NCBI GenBank assembly: GCA_049976325.1
Contig: JBMFIL010000002.1
Location: 15,177-47,176, forward strand
DNA from: Thermoprotei archaeon
GTDB lineage: Archaea > Thermoproteota > Thermoprotei_A > Marsarchaeales > UBA168
Length of the DNA: 32,000 nucleotides
Direction of reading: 5' to 3'
Below, in pieces: positions 17,134 to 25,657 of the stretch. The position numbers and the translations under genes are program-made. The notes beneath the pieces are model-generated. The model saw nothing but the letters and a program-made list of their open reading frames with translations. It did no database searches and was not told where the DNA came from. Numbering within the stretch: position 1 is the first letter of the stretch; each line of letters begins with the position of its first letter.

Positions 17134-18309
17134 TTACCTCACCCTCTTCCTGTATGAGGCAAATATTGTGAAGTCGTAAGCGATTTTTGAGGCACCTCCT
17201 ATGATGATCGGAACGGTCACCATACCTGCCGCCAAGAGGGCGCCCGTAATTGGCGAGCCTGGAAGGGCACTTATTGTCCTGAAGGTGTTCGTGATGGCCA
17301 CCGCGGAAACCCTGTCATCGCTGCTGAAAAGGTCGGCCATGAGCGCCTGCCTCGCGGGAACGTCCATCTGGGAGACGCTTTGCCGCAGGAAAAGAAAGGC
17401 CAGAGCCCCCTGAAGAAATCCTGAGAGCGGAACCATTATCAGGAACACGTTTGAAAGCAGGTGCGTGTAGAACATCGTCCTGAGGTTTCCGACCCTGTGA
17501 GCAATGTAACCCGAGGCAACTATGGAAACAGCGGTTATCACGTTAACTATCATGAATATGGGGCCCAGCAGCTTAAGTGAAAGGTGATAAGTGAAATAGA
17601 ACCAGTAACTTAGCAGGCTCTGGGTCACAAAACCTCCACCAAAAGCGTCCATTGAAAACAGGAGAGATAACTTCCAGAGGTCGGCTTTGCTCTTGCTTTC
17701 CATCACCTGGAATCCAGGCTTTTTGGAAGTCGACTCCACGCCTGAAAGCCCGATATATATCAAGAAGAGAAGCAAGCCAACGGCGCCGTATGCGAGAAAT
17801 AGGTACCTGAAAGCCATGGGAGTATTGCCAAAGTAAGCTGGCAGCGATGCCGCAAGGGAGCCAAGGGCCGACGTCCCATAACCTATGAAGTTATATATGC
17901 CGAAGGCTCCCTCCTTGTTTTTGACCAGGTTGGGGAGCACGCCCGTTTCGACTGACTGAAAGGGTCCGGTTTCCGTGCTGTTTGTGCTTATGTTACCAAT
18001 AAAAAGTGCCACCAGGATCACGTAAAGGGACTCAGAGGAAAAAAGCAGGAAACCTGAAAGGGCCATCAGAAGGCTGAAGAGAAGCAAGGAGCGCTTCCTT
18101 CCAAAGGAATTGCCGTACCAAGTGAGAAAGAGGTTCGAAACGGTATTTCCGATCATCACCAGAAATATGGCAACTCCCACCATAAGTGCACCGTAACCAA
18201 GCCTCGCCATATAAATTGGCACTGCTATGGTCATCATGCCAAAAACGAGCACCCTGCTCGCCTTGGCAGCATATATGAGAAGAGCTTTGTTCATTTTCGT
18301 GAATGCCAT
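17134..18309 (-). CDS. MFS transporter (substrate unknown)
   Basis: 391-aa polytopic ORF with the loop motif WYGNSFGRKRS. The true start may be the ATG at 18294 (MNKALL...), which lies ~26 nt from the TTAAAATTT box at about 18316-18324. Confidence 0.7.
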   Translation of the reverse strand: MAFTKMNKALLIYAAKASRVLVFGMMTIAVPIYMARLGYGALMVGVAIFLVMIGNTVSNLFLTWYGNSFGRKRSLLLFSLLMALSGFLLFSSESLYVILVALFIGNISTNSTETGPFQSVETGVLPNLVKNKEGAFGIYNFIGYGTSALGSLAASLPAYFGNTPMAFRYLFLAYGAVGLLLFLIYIGLSGVESTSKKPGFQVMESKSKADLWKLSLLFSMDAFGGGFVTQSLLSYWFYFTYHLSLKLLGPIFMIVNVITAVSIVASGYIAHRVGNLRTMFYTHLLSNVFLIMVPLSGFLQGALAFLFLRQSVSQMDVPARQALMADLFSSDDRVSAVAITNTFRTISALPGSPITGALLAAGMVTVPIIIGGASKIAYDFTIFASYRKRVR

Positions 18310-18420
18310 CGGTAAATTTTAAGTGTTTCCCGTTCCCTTGACCCTTCGCCATCGAAGGCTTAATTCTAGCCATCAACTTGATCGCCGCATACGCTTAATT
18401 CGCCACACCTATCGTCGTCC

Positions 18421-19122
18421 ATGATCGAGGGAATATCTTTCGATGTTTGGGGAACGATATTTGGTGACGCATTTTTCTCGGAGATCGAGAAGCGCTACGC
18501 GGAGATCAAGGGTACGCCCGTGGCCGACATATCAACAAGCATGCAAAAGGCTTACGACGCGCTGAGAGAAATGAGGAAGCAGGGAGCCATAGCTAAGGGA
18601 GTGGACCCGGTGGGATACAGCCTCGAGCTTCTGAGGCCCTTTGACGTTGACCTGGACGCGTTCAAGAATGCCATGGCTAAGGCCCTGATATCGGTTGACA
18701 TCGAAGAGCTTCTGAGGCCCGGCATGAGGGAGGCCATTGAAGATCTGTCTAGGGAACACGCTCTGGTCATCCTAGGCAACGTCGTTTACTGGCCCGGAGC
18801 CTACACGAGGTTGCTCATCAGCAGGGCAGGGCTGACCCGGTTCTTCAGGGCCCAGCTTTACTCGGATGAGATTGGGTGCGCAAAGCCGTCAAGAGAGGCC
18901 TTCAGCAAGGCCCTATCAGCGCTGGGATTGAACGACCCAAGGCGTGCAGCGCACGTTGGAGATAACTTCTACGAGGACCTTTGCGGCGCTGTTGGCTCAA
19001 ACTTCCACGGAATAATTTTCTCTAAAGATGTGGCACAGACAACGGTGATAGCCGGCAACGCGTTTGTGCAGGAAGCCGCACAATTGCCTGGGGTAATAAG
19101 CATCCTTCGACATAAGCAGTAA
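18421..19122 (+). CDS. HAD superfamily hydrolase (subfamily IA, haloacid-dehalogenase-like motif I)
   Basis: Motif I is ISFDVWGTIF (D-x-[YW]-G-T variant), with a later AHVGDNFYEDL motif IV. 233 aa. A CTTAATT box lies ~24 nt upstream of the ATG. Confidence 0.65.
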   Translation: MIEGISFDVWGTIFGDAFFSEIEKRYAEIKGTPVADISTSMQKAYDALREMRKQGAIAKGVDPVGYSLELLRPFDVDLDAFKNAMAKALISVDIEELLRPGMREAIEDLSREHALVILGNVVYWPGAYTRLLISRAGLTRFFRAQLYSDEIGCAKPSREAFSKALSALGLNDPRRAAHVGDNFYEDLCGAVGSNFHGIIFSKDVAQTTVIAGNAFVQEAAQLPGVISILRHKQ

Positions 19123-19393
19123 GTTGGCCACATGACCACAGTGCTTCGAAGCCCGCTCGGCGACTGCGCTCACTGCCAACGAGCAATCCTTATGCGCCAA
19201 GCAGTTCGCTCAAAGGCCGTTTGTGTTCCCCACGCTACCTAATAAATCAATGCTCTGAAGCAAAACGTCAAACTTCTTCGCCGATCCCGTCCTTGGCCCA
19301 TGAACTCATCATTCAGGAACTTCAAGGTTCCCGAAAGGCACCACTTCTCGTGCGATCCTGTGTTGCGAGGAAGTAGCTTAACGCGAAAAAGGA

Positions 19394-20539
19394 CTACCAG
19401 AGGGATTTCCTGACCTTCTCTGGCCAGAACCAGAGCAGAAGAGGTAAAAGTGATACCGCGGCTAGGAATTCTGGGATACTTGATACGGAATATATGAGTA
19501 TATGAGAGAAGAGCGGCGATACCCACATACCAGTTATCATGTTCAGGAAGTTGACCGTCGAAAGTGCCAGTGAGAAGTTCTTTGACACGCTCGAAGTGAG
19601 CGCGTAGTAACCGCTGGTAGCCATCGTACCAAAGAAACCGGTCAAGGTCATGGCAGCTATCATGCCGTAAATTCCTAGATTGATTAGGAAGTAGCAGGCA
19701 GCGGTCAAAGCTATCATGCTCACTATAAAAGCCCCTTTCTTTTTGCTTTTGTCGTAAATGAACGTCGCTAGGCCACCAAATATACTGCCCAAGAAGTAAA
19801 CTGAGGTCAAAACGCCGGCTATTGATGGTGATGCTTTGTAAACCAGCTCGGCGTAGGAGGCCATGAGTGTCCCCGCCGCGTAAGTGGTACCCCAGAATCC
19901 GGCCGTTGAAACGCCTAGCGACAAAACCGGAAGCTCCAACGAAATTGCCGCTTTTTTGCCACTTGCCTGCCTCACTTCATCAACCACGAGCAAGTTTTCC
20001 AAAGCCAAAGCGAAACCTATGGCTCCGCCGATAACTGTAGCAACACGCCACCCCAGCTCCACGTCGGGAATGCCCCATAACAGGCCAACTGCACCACCGA
20101 CGTCAAAGGCCGTGTTGTATATGCCCATCATCAGACCAGCTCTGTTCTCCCTGCTCTTCATAAGAACGGCAGCTGCAGGAGAAAAGAAGAAACCCGCGCC
20201 GATGCCGGACACAAACCTGATTATGAGTAACTCATAAAAACTGGTGCTAAGCGCCAAGAACACGTCGCTCAGTGATAGGACGGAAAGACCTACTACGTAG
20301 ACCAGCTTGGCCGAATGTCTAGTTGAGAGTATGCCTGCGGGTATTTGAGCTACGGCCGCCCCGAGTATGAAGAAAAAGGGCACAAGCCCCACGCTTGACT
20401 TGCTAACTCCCATGGCAGAAGCTATGATCAGGAGCACTGGGGACAGAAAGTACCACTGTAGCGCATAGACGGCGCGGGCAAAGAGTATGGAGGGAATGGA
20501 ACGGTTCAAAATAGCTTCAACGTGAGCAGGAAATACCAT
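19394..20539 (-). CDS. MFS transporter (substrate unknown)
   Basis: 381-aa ORF with ~12 hydrophobic segments and glycine-rich helices typical of MFS. The signature loop is weak. Confidence 0.6.
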   Translation of the reverse strand: MVFPAHVEAILNRSIPSILFARAVYALQWYFLSPVLLIIASAMGVSKSSVGLVPFFFILGAAVAQIPAGILSTRHSAKLVYVVGLSVLSLSDVFLALSTSFYELLIIRFVSGIGAGFFFSPAAAVLMKSRENRAGLMMGIYNTAFDVGGAVGLLWGIPDVELGWRVATVIGGAIGFALALENLLVVDEVRQASGKKAAISLELPVLSLGVSTAGFWGTTYAAGTLMASYAELVYKASPSIAGVLTSVYFLGSIFGGLATFIYDKSKKKGAFIVSMIALTAACYFLINLGIYGMIAAMTLTGFFGTMATSGYYALTSSVSKNFSLALSTVNFLNMITGMWVSPLFSHILIYSVSSIPEFLAAVSLLPLLLWFWPEKVRKSLW

Positions 20540-21239
20540 TTAAGCTTTCACCTACTTCATTAGGCGCGAGTGCAGGCATTACGGGCCTTCGGTTCTTCTT
20601 TTGGAGTTCGATGACCTTAATTGGTGAAGCATGAGAGGGAGGACGCTCATTACTTCCCTAGGGTCAGGTATAAAAGGATATCAATTGCCCACATGGCAAA
20701 TCCGATGAAAAACAAAGCAAAAATGCTTTCACAAAAAATCGATGAAAAGCTGGGCGACCGAATCCACGGTACAGCCCTAAGCTAAAGGCATCAAGCGTTA
20801 AGGATTAGCCCGGGAAACGTGGGTAATGAGCAAGAAGATTGACCCAAGTGTGATGACCCGGTTGCTTTTTCGAGCTAACCGGTCGCTGCGAAGCTTTTCC
20901 GGTCACAGAAACCATCCGCCGGGCCTTTGCCGCCTAGCTTTTGAACAAGAAGGTCAGCGCCTGCCTTTGAGGAGTGTCGCTTGTCGCCTTGAGGCCACGA
21001 TCGATAAAAGCCAAAGAACTAACAAAGTAATCAGGCGTTGGCTCTTATCCCCGCTTGTGTCGTCTCGGAGCAAGCACCACGCAGATAGGACGAAGCTTCC
21101 TAGATATCCTCCTCGTTAATGAATAGAGGAGCCAGTTTTGACCCGAACCGGCAACTCGGACTTCCGTGTCCGTAGGCCAAAGAGATCCCTTAATGTTAGC
21201 CTTGTCAAAAATTACTTTACTATGGTTCTCTAGTTCCTA

Positions 21240-22235
21240 TCACGAGGAAAGTATCTCATCTATGGCCTTCATGTCGTCGCTGGAAAGCGAGATGTCTACG
21301 GCTTGAACGTCTTCCTCAAGTTCTTCTACGCTCGTGGCGCCGATAAGAGGTACCACAGTAATCCCTATCTTCACGTTCATAAGCCAAGCCAACGCGAGTT
21401 GGGACAGCTTAATTCCCTTGGCATCCGCTATTTCCTTCAACCTGCTCACCTTACCTTTTGTAGCCTCGATGAAGTTAACCAGACCCTTTTCTATTGTTGC
21501 CCTGCTTCCCTCCGGTATCCCGCCAAGGTATCTCCCTGCCAGCACGCCCTGTGCCAGAGGAACGTACGCCGCAAGCGCCATGCCGTGCTGCCTAGCGATC
21601 GGCACCTTGCTTTGCTCAATTCCCCTCTGAAGCATGTTGTAGGCCTCCTGCATGATGCTGAACTTCTCAAAGTTCTTCTTATCGGCTATTTCTTGGAAGT
21701 CGATCATGTCCTGAGCTGGGTGATTGCTTATTCCCAAGTAGTGAACTAGCCCCTCGTGAACAAGATCGTTGAGAGCACTCAAAGTTTCTTCATGTGGCGT
21801 GTGCTCATCTCTCCAATGTATGTAGTATATGTCCACGAAATCCATGCCCAGCCTTGAGAGCGACTCCTTTATCTGCCATCTTATGTGCTTGCGGGACAAG
21901 CCCTCTCCGTTCGGGAAAGAGGCCATCCGTGCCCTTACCTTGGTTGCCACCACAAGGCTCTCCCTCTCATAACCCTTCAGTACCTGTCCCAGTATTCTCT
22001 CAGAAGTCCCAGAATGGGGGTAGTGAGCGGCGGTATCGCTAACGGTGCCAACGTAGGTGTTAGCCGTATCGAAGAAGTTTATGCCTAGATCTATGGCCCT
22101 TTTTATTATCTTCTCGCTCTTTTCGACGTCCACCTTGTGAACTCCGTCGGGATAAGTTTCCGGGGAAACGGGAAGGTGCCAAGTCCCGTAGGAAATCGCT
22201 GAAACTTCAACACCCCTTACGTGCACGTACTTCAT
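21240..22235 (-). CDS. Aldo/keto reductase family oxidoreductase
   Basis: GTWHL, INFFDTANTY, VVATKV, DIYYIHWRDEHTP and LGISNH blocks match the AKR catalytic tetrad region. 331 aa. Confidence 0.85.
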   Translation of the reverse strand: MKYVHVRGVEVSAISYGTWHLPVSPETYPDGVHKVDVEKSEKIIKRAIDLGINFFDTANTYVGTVSDTAAHYPHSGTSERILGQVLKGYERESLVVATKVRARMASFPNGEGLSRKHIRWQIKESLSRLGMDFVDIYYIHWRDEHTPHEETLSALNDLVHEGLVHYLGISNHPAQDMIDFQEIADKKNFEKFSIMQEAYNMLQRGIEQSKVPIARQHGMALAAYVPLAQGVLAGRYLGGIPEGSRATIEKGLVNFIEATKGKVSRLKEIADAKGIKLSQLALAWLMNVKIGITVVPLIGATSVEELEEDVQAVDISLSSDDMKAIDEILSS

Positions 22236-22252
22236 AAAGTATTAGTGCCATA

Positions 22253-22260
22253 GGATAAAA
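22253..22260 (-). promoter_or_regulatory. TATA box for the aldo/keto reductase gene
   Basis: The minus strand reads TTTTATCC, centred ~22 nt upstream of the ATG at 22235. Confidence 0.4.
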
Positions 22261-22264
22261 GCGT

Positions 22265-23479
22265 TCAAGGAATCGAAATAGCAAAGGAGAGGATGGAAAA
22301 GCAGAGGATAATGGCGGCTGTTATCCAAGCCAAGTTTTGACGCAGTCTTCCGTTTTTGTGTTTCCCAAGGATCTTTTCATCTCCGCTCAGCTTAATGAGG
22401 ACGGTTAATGGGAATATCAGTATGAGCCCGTTCAAGGCCATGGCATCGATCATTATGGGAACAACCTGCCTAAACATAGCAATTATTATTAACGCTGGCA
22501 CAACCTCCAAGAAATATATGACGTAGAAAGGGTCCAAAAGCCTTTTATGATTTAGGCTTGCCTTCCAACCAAAGTAGTCCGATATGCCATAGGCAGATGC
22601 CAAAGAAATGGCCACCGAGGCAAGGAAGCCGGCTGCGATAAGCCCAAGGGAGAAAACTATTACGCCCATTCTCCCGGCTAGCTCATAGAACAAGTAGCCA
22701 ACCTGCTCCACCGAGTTCAAGGTGCCTACCTTCTGGGAAACGGCCGCGCTGGAAATTATCACGCATATCATGAGAAATTGAGTTGCTATGCTGCCGATCA
22801 AGGTTTCCAGCCTTTCTGCTGCAAGGTCGCTCTCCGCAAGCTTCTTGTCAACCACAGCGGACTGTTGATAAAATATCATGAACGGCATTATCACCGCACC
22901 GATGTCTGCTGTTATCATGAACGCGAACGAGGGGTCAAGATAAGGTTGGATTGGATTCAGCCCGTCCAACACGGCTACAGGGTTTGGCCTTGAAAGCAAG
23001 GCCATGATAACGAAGAGGAAAAGAAACGATGAGACCACAATGAGCAGCTTTTCAACCTTTTCATAGCTCCTCGTAAAGACTATAACGGTGTGGAAGGTAA
23101 AAGCGAGAAGAAGTGCGTAAGCAAGGGGTATGCCGAGCAGCTGCGCTCCCGTGGCTATCCCCGCGAACTCTCCCACGTAGCTCAGTCCGTCCACAAAAAA
23201 TACCCCTCCCGCTATGAGGGCGGATAACTTTTCGCCATACCTTTCCTTAGCAAGCGATATGAACCCCTTACCCGTCACAGCTCCAAGCCTACCGGCCATC
23301 TCTTGGAAAAGGTAGAGCGGGGCAACTAGTATTATCATGAGGAAGATCAACCTGTAACCGTACTGCGAGCCGGATGCCATAGCCGCTGCCACGCTCGGGG
23401 CATCTAGGTCGGCCATCATAGCAACCCAGCCAGGGCCCACAACTGAAAAGATACCCTTATCTTTTGGCTTCAACCTCAT
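22265..23479 (-). CDS. mntH: NRAMP-family divalent metal transporter with a non-canonical metal-site motif
   Basis: 404 aa. GPGWVAMMADLDAPSVAAAMASGSQYGY aligns to the Nramp TM1 region (GP-x-x-x7-DPGN-x8-G-x-x-YGY). GAVIMPFMIFYQQSAV aligns to the TM6 A-x-x-MPH region. It has a 4-nt overlap with the upstream repressor gene. Confidence 0.75.
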   Translation of the reverse strand: MRLKPKDKGIFSVVGPGWVAMMADLDAPSVAAAMASGSQYGYRLIFLMIILVAPLYLFQEMAGRLGAVTGKGFISLAKERYGEKLSALIAGGVFFVDGLSYVGEFAGIATGAQLLGIPLAYALLLAFTFHTVIVFTRSYEKVEKLLIVVSSFLFLFVIMALLSRPNPVAVLDGLNPIQPYLDPSFAFMITADIGAVIMPFMIFYQQSAVVDKKLAESDLAAERLETLIGSIATQFLMICVIISSAAVSQKVGTLNSVEQVGYLFYELAGRMGVIVFSLGLIAAGFLASVAISLASAYGISDYFGWKASLNHKRLLDPFYVIYFLEVVPALIIIAMFRQVVPIMIDAMALNGLILIFPLTVLIKLSGDEKILGKHKNGRLRQNLAWITAAIILCFSILSFAISIP

Positions 23480-24141
23480 GCCTCACGCTCCAGCGGCTTC
23501 GCCCTTATGACTAGGGCTAGATCATCAGATATGCGGAAGGTCCTCTCGCGCCCTTCTTCATCCCTTGTCCGGATCCGAACAGAGTTCCCATCGCGATCCA
23601 CGGATATCTCAGCACCTGGTCTGAGCCCCAATGCATCTGCGGTGTAAAGGGTATCGAACTCCTCGTAAGTTATGCGGGTGATGCGAGCTTTTCCCTCAAC
23701 CTTCAAGAGCGGTAGGTCGTCAACGGGCATGACGCGGCCATCCTTATCGGGTATGGGATTCCCGTGGGGACAGAAACGCGATTGTGTCCTATTCTCTATG
23801 ATATCGGCTATCTTTTCATCTATCGCATGCTCCAAAATGCGGCTCTCTTCGTGAGCTTCGGCCCAAGGCATGCCAAGTATATCCGTTAGCAGCCGCTCTG
23901 CCAGCCTGTGCTTCCTTACGGCTACCAGCGCAACCCGCATTCCTGCCTCGGTTAACTCGAAGGAACCCCGCTTATTCTTCTTGGTTAATCCTGAGGCCGT
24001 CATCTTGTCCAGCTTCTCCTCAACCGAGCTTGGAGCCACGTTAAGTATGCGCGCGATCTCAGTCAATCTGGCCTCACCGTAGCTCTCCATCAGCTCGTAG
24101 ATGGCGAGCAGGTAGTCCTCGGCCGTGATCTGGGTTTGCAC
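23476..24141 (-). CDS. DtxR/MntR/IdeR-family metal-dependent transcriptional repressor with a C-terminal FeoA/SH3-like domain
   Basis: N-terminal winged helix (EDYLLAIYEL...ARLTEIARILNVAPSSV), a metal-binding/dimerisation helix region (KHRLAERLLTDILGMPW...HEESRILEHAI) and a ~70-aa C-terminal domain. GTG start. Confidence 0.85.
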   Translation of the reverse strand: MQTQITAEDYLLAIYELMESYGEARLTEIARILNVAPSSVEEKLDKMTASGLTKKNKRGSFELTEAGMRVALVAVRKHRLAERLLTDILGMPWAEAHEESRILEHAIDEKIADIIENRTQSRFCPHGNPIPDKDGRVMPVDDLPLLKVEGKARITRITYEEFDTLYTADALGLRPGAEISVDRDGNSVRIRTRDEEGRERTFRISDDLALVIRAKPLEREA

Positions 24142-24147
24142 AAGATA

Positions 24148-24184
24148 TTTAGAACAGCCTAAATAAGCATTTCTAGCTTAGAAA
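24148..24184 (-). promoter_or_regulatory. Promoter/operator of the repressor-NRAMP operon, formed by two adjacent palindromes overlapping the TATA box
   Basis: TTTAG-N6-CTAAA lies at 24148-24163 and TTTCTA-N3-TAGAAA at 24170-24184. The TATA-like TTATTTA (minus strand, 24160-24166) is ~23 nt upstream of the GTG. By hand, 24149-24167 matches the 19-bp DtxR/IdeR consensus TTAGGTTAGCCTAACCTAA at 12 of 19 positions. Confidence 0.45.
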
Positions 24185-25114
24185 TTATATTCTCTTCCCC
24201 ATGAGCAAAGCCATAAATATCGATGATGCGACGAGGTCGGCAACGCTGCCCGGACTCCAGCCAATCTTCCTCATGGCTACGTCAAGCCCCTCTACCATGG
24301 CCCTTCCCTCGGGCGTGCTAAGGCCCCCTGCGCTTAGCGCTTTTCCGGCCTTCTCCCTTACCCATGCCATCTTCTTGAGCCCATCTGCCACCTTATCCCT
24401 TATCTCCGCCCCGCTTCCTGCGGCCCTGGCAATGAAGGTATCCCCGTGCTCTGATAGAATCTTTAAGAAAGTGTTAACGCAAGCGACGTTCGGATCTTCG
24501 TAGCTAACGTACGTGCGAAAGCCATCAACCGATATGGGGTAGCCTGAGGTCATCTCGGCGGCCACCATGTCCCACTCGGACGAAACCTTCAGGACGTCGA
24601 AAACGCTCAGCCCTTTTTTCCTAAGCTTTTCGACCGCTTCAGGATCGTTCACGTCTGGAACCTCTCCCTCGCTGTAACTTCCCAATGATTCCTTGTTCAT
24701 GGACAGCCTTATAGCTTCATAAAGTTTGGCTGCTTCCTCCGGTCCAGCAAGCTTCAAGGATTCGGTCGCGCTTTTACCAAGTTTTATCAGGTCGTCTACA
24801 CCGCTTACAGCATCGACCTTTCCGGCTGCGTATGAAAGAGGCAACAGGAGCATAGCTGTTCCAAGGTGCGTGTTCCCTCCCTTCTGCACCGCGTACGAAA
24901 GCTTCACGTGGCCTAACGTGAGCGTGCCAAAGCGGTTTTCGCCGAGGGCGGCTAACCTAGTAAATGGGTAAAGCGAGGCCGCTCCCACCATGAAGTGTTC
25001 AAAGCGAGTTCCGGGAAAGTCGGCCGTCCTGTGAACGTTACCGGGCTTGGGCCAGCCTGCAAGCTCCAAAAGCGAGGCAGAAACAGCCAAAAACGAGACC
25101 TTGTCGGGATCCAT
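24185..25114 (-). CDS. CitG/MdcB-family protein (triphosphoribosyl-dephospho-CoA synthase-like)
   Basis: The N-terminal LELAGWPKPGNVHRTADF matches the family P-K-P-G-[LN]-V motif. 309 aa, helical. No citrate lyase or malonate decarboxylase genes are nearby. Confidence 0.65.
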   Translation of the reverse strand: MDPDKVSFLAVSASLLELAGWPKPGNVHRTADFPGTRFEHFMVGAASLYPFTRLAALGENRFGTLTLGHVKLSYAVQKGGNTHLGTAMLLLPLSYAAGKVDAVSGVDDLIKLGKSATESLKLAGPEEAAKLYEAIRLSMNKESLGSYSEGEVPDVNDPEAVEKLRKKGLSVFDVLKVSSEWDMVAAEMTSGYPISVDGFRTYVSYEDPNVACVNTFLKILSEHGDTFIARAAGSGAEIRDKVADGLKKMAWVREKAGKALSAGGLSTPEGRAMVEGLDVAMRKIGWSPGSVADLVASSIFMALLMGKRI

Positions 25115-25629
25115 AACCCCTAAGGTTACTAGCTAATGGGCGTTCTGTTTAGCCTATTGTCTTTGCCTCATTCCTTGGTTGTGCCTTCCTGGATCATAAC
25201 ATCGGCATCTCTCGCATGGTCAAGCAAATTACATCTTCTGAAAGCTTCTTTGGTACACTTCAACTTGTCAGCGCATCTGCTCATCACGAGTAAACTCAAA
25301 AAAGAGGAAGCACGCCCAATTCTAACCCATCGTCAAAGCGTCACGAAGCGGTTTGAGGTTGGGTTCCCGCGTGGACATGGGCTTGCCTATCTAACTCTTG
25401 AGCATCAGTTGCTTTTTCTGTGCGCGCCGAGCTTTCAAAACTGATGAGTCCCTGTGGTGATGTCCTCTACAGACAAAGGGTCTGCGTGAAGGTGCCCAGG
25501 TCCATGATAATATCGTACACTCCCACTCGAAGCCCGCTTAATAAATAACTGGGCGATAATAAGGGATGCGATCGCTTACATCTACATGTATCAAAAAACA
25601 TGACCATCTTTCCGATGTCTCTCGTCACA

Positions 25630-25638
25630 CTTAAAAAG
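25630..25638 (+). promoter_or_regulatory. TATA box for lplA
   Basis: CTTAAAAAG is centred ~24 nt upstream of the ATG at 25658. Confidence 0.45.
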
Positions 25639-25657
25639 CAAAGCAATTTCTTTTCAC

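Noticed and set aside
20809-20831. CCCGGGAAACGUGGGUAAUGAGC, which resembles RNase P CR-II/III (GUGAAACGGUGCGGUAAGAGC) or an SRP helix 8 loop
   Set aside because: No matching CR-I/CR-V pair and no proper tetraloop-closing stem could be found on either strand. The GGAAGUCCG at about 21155-21173 (minus strand) is just the 3' half of a local hairpin.
25441-25500. A C/D-box sRNA, suggested by UGAUGA at 25442-25447 and UGAUGU at 25458-25463. GUGAUGA at 20850-20856 raised the same idea.
   Set aside because: No CUGA D or D' boxes occur at the required spacing, and no terminal stem flanks the candidate boxes.
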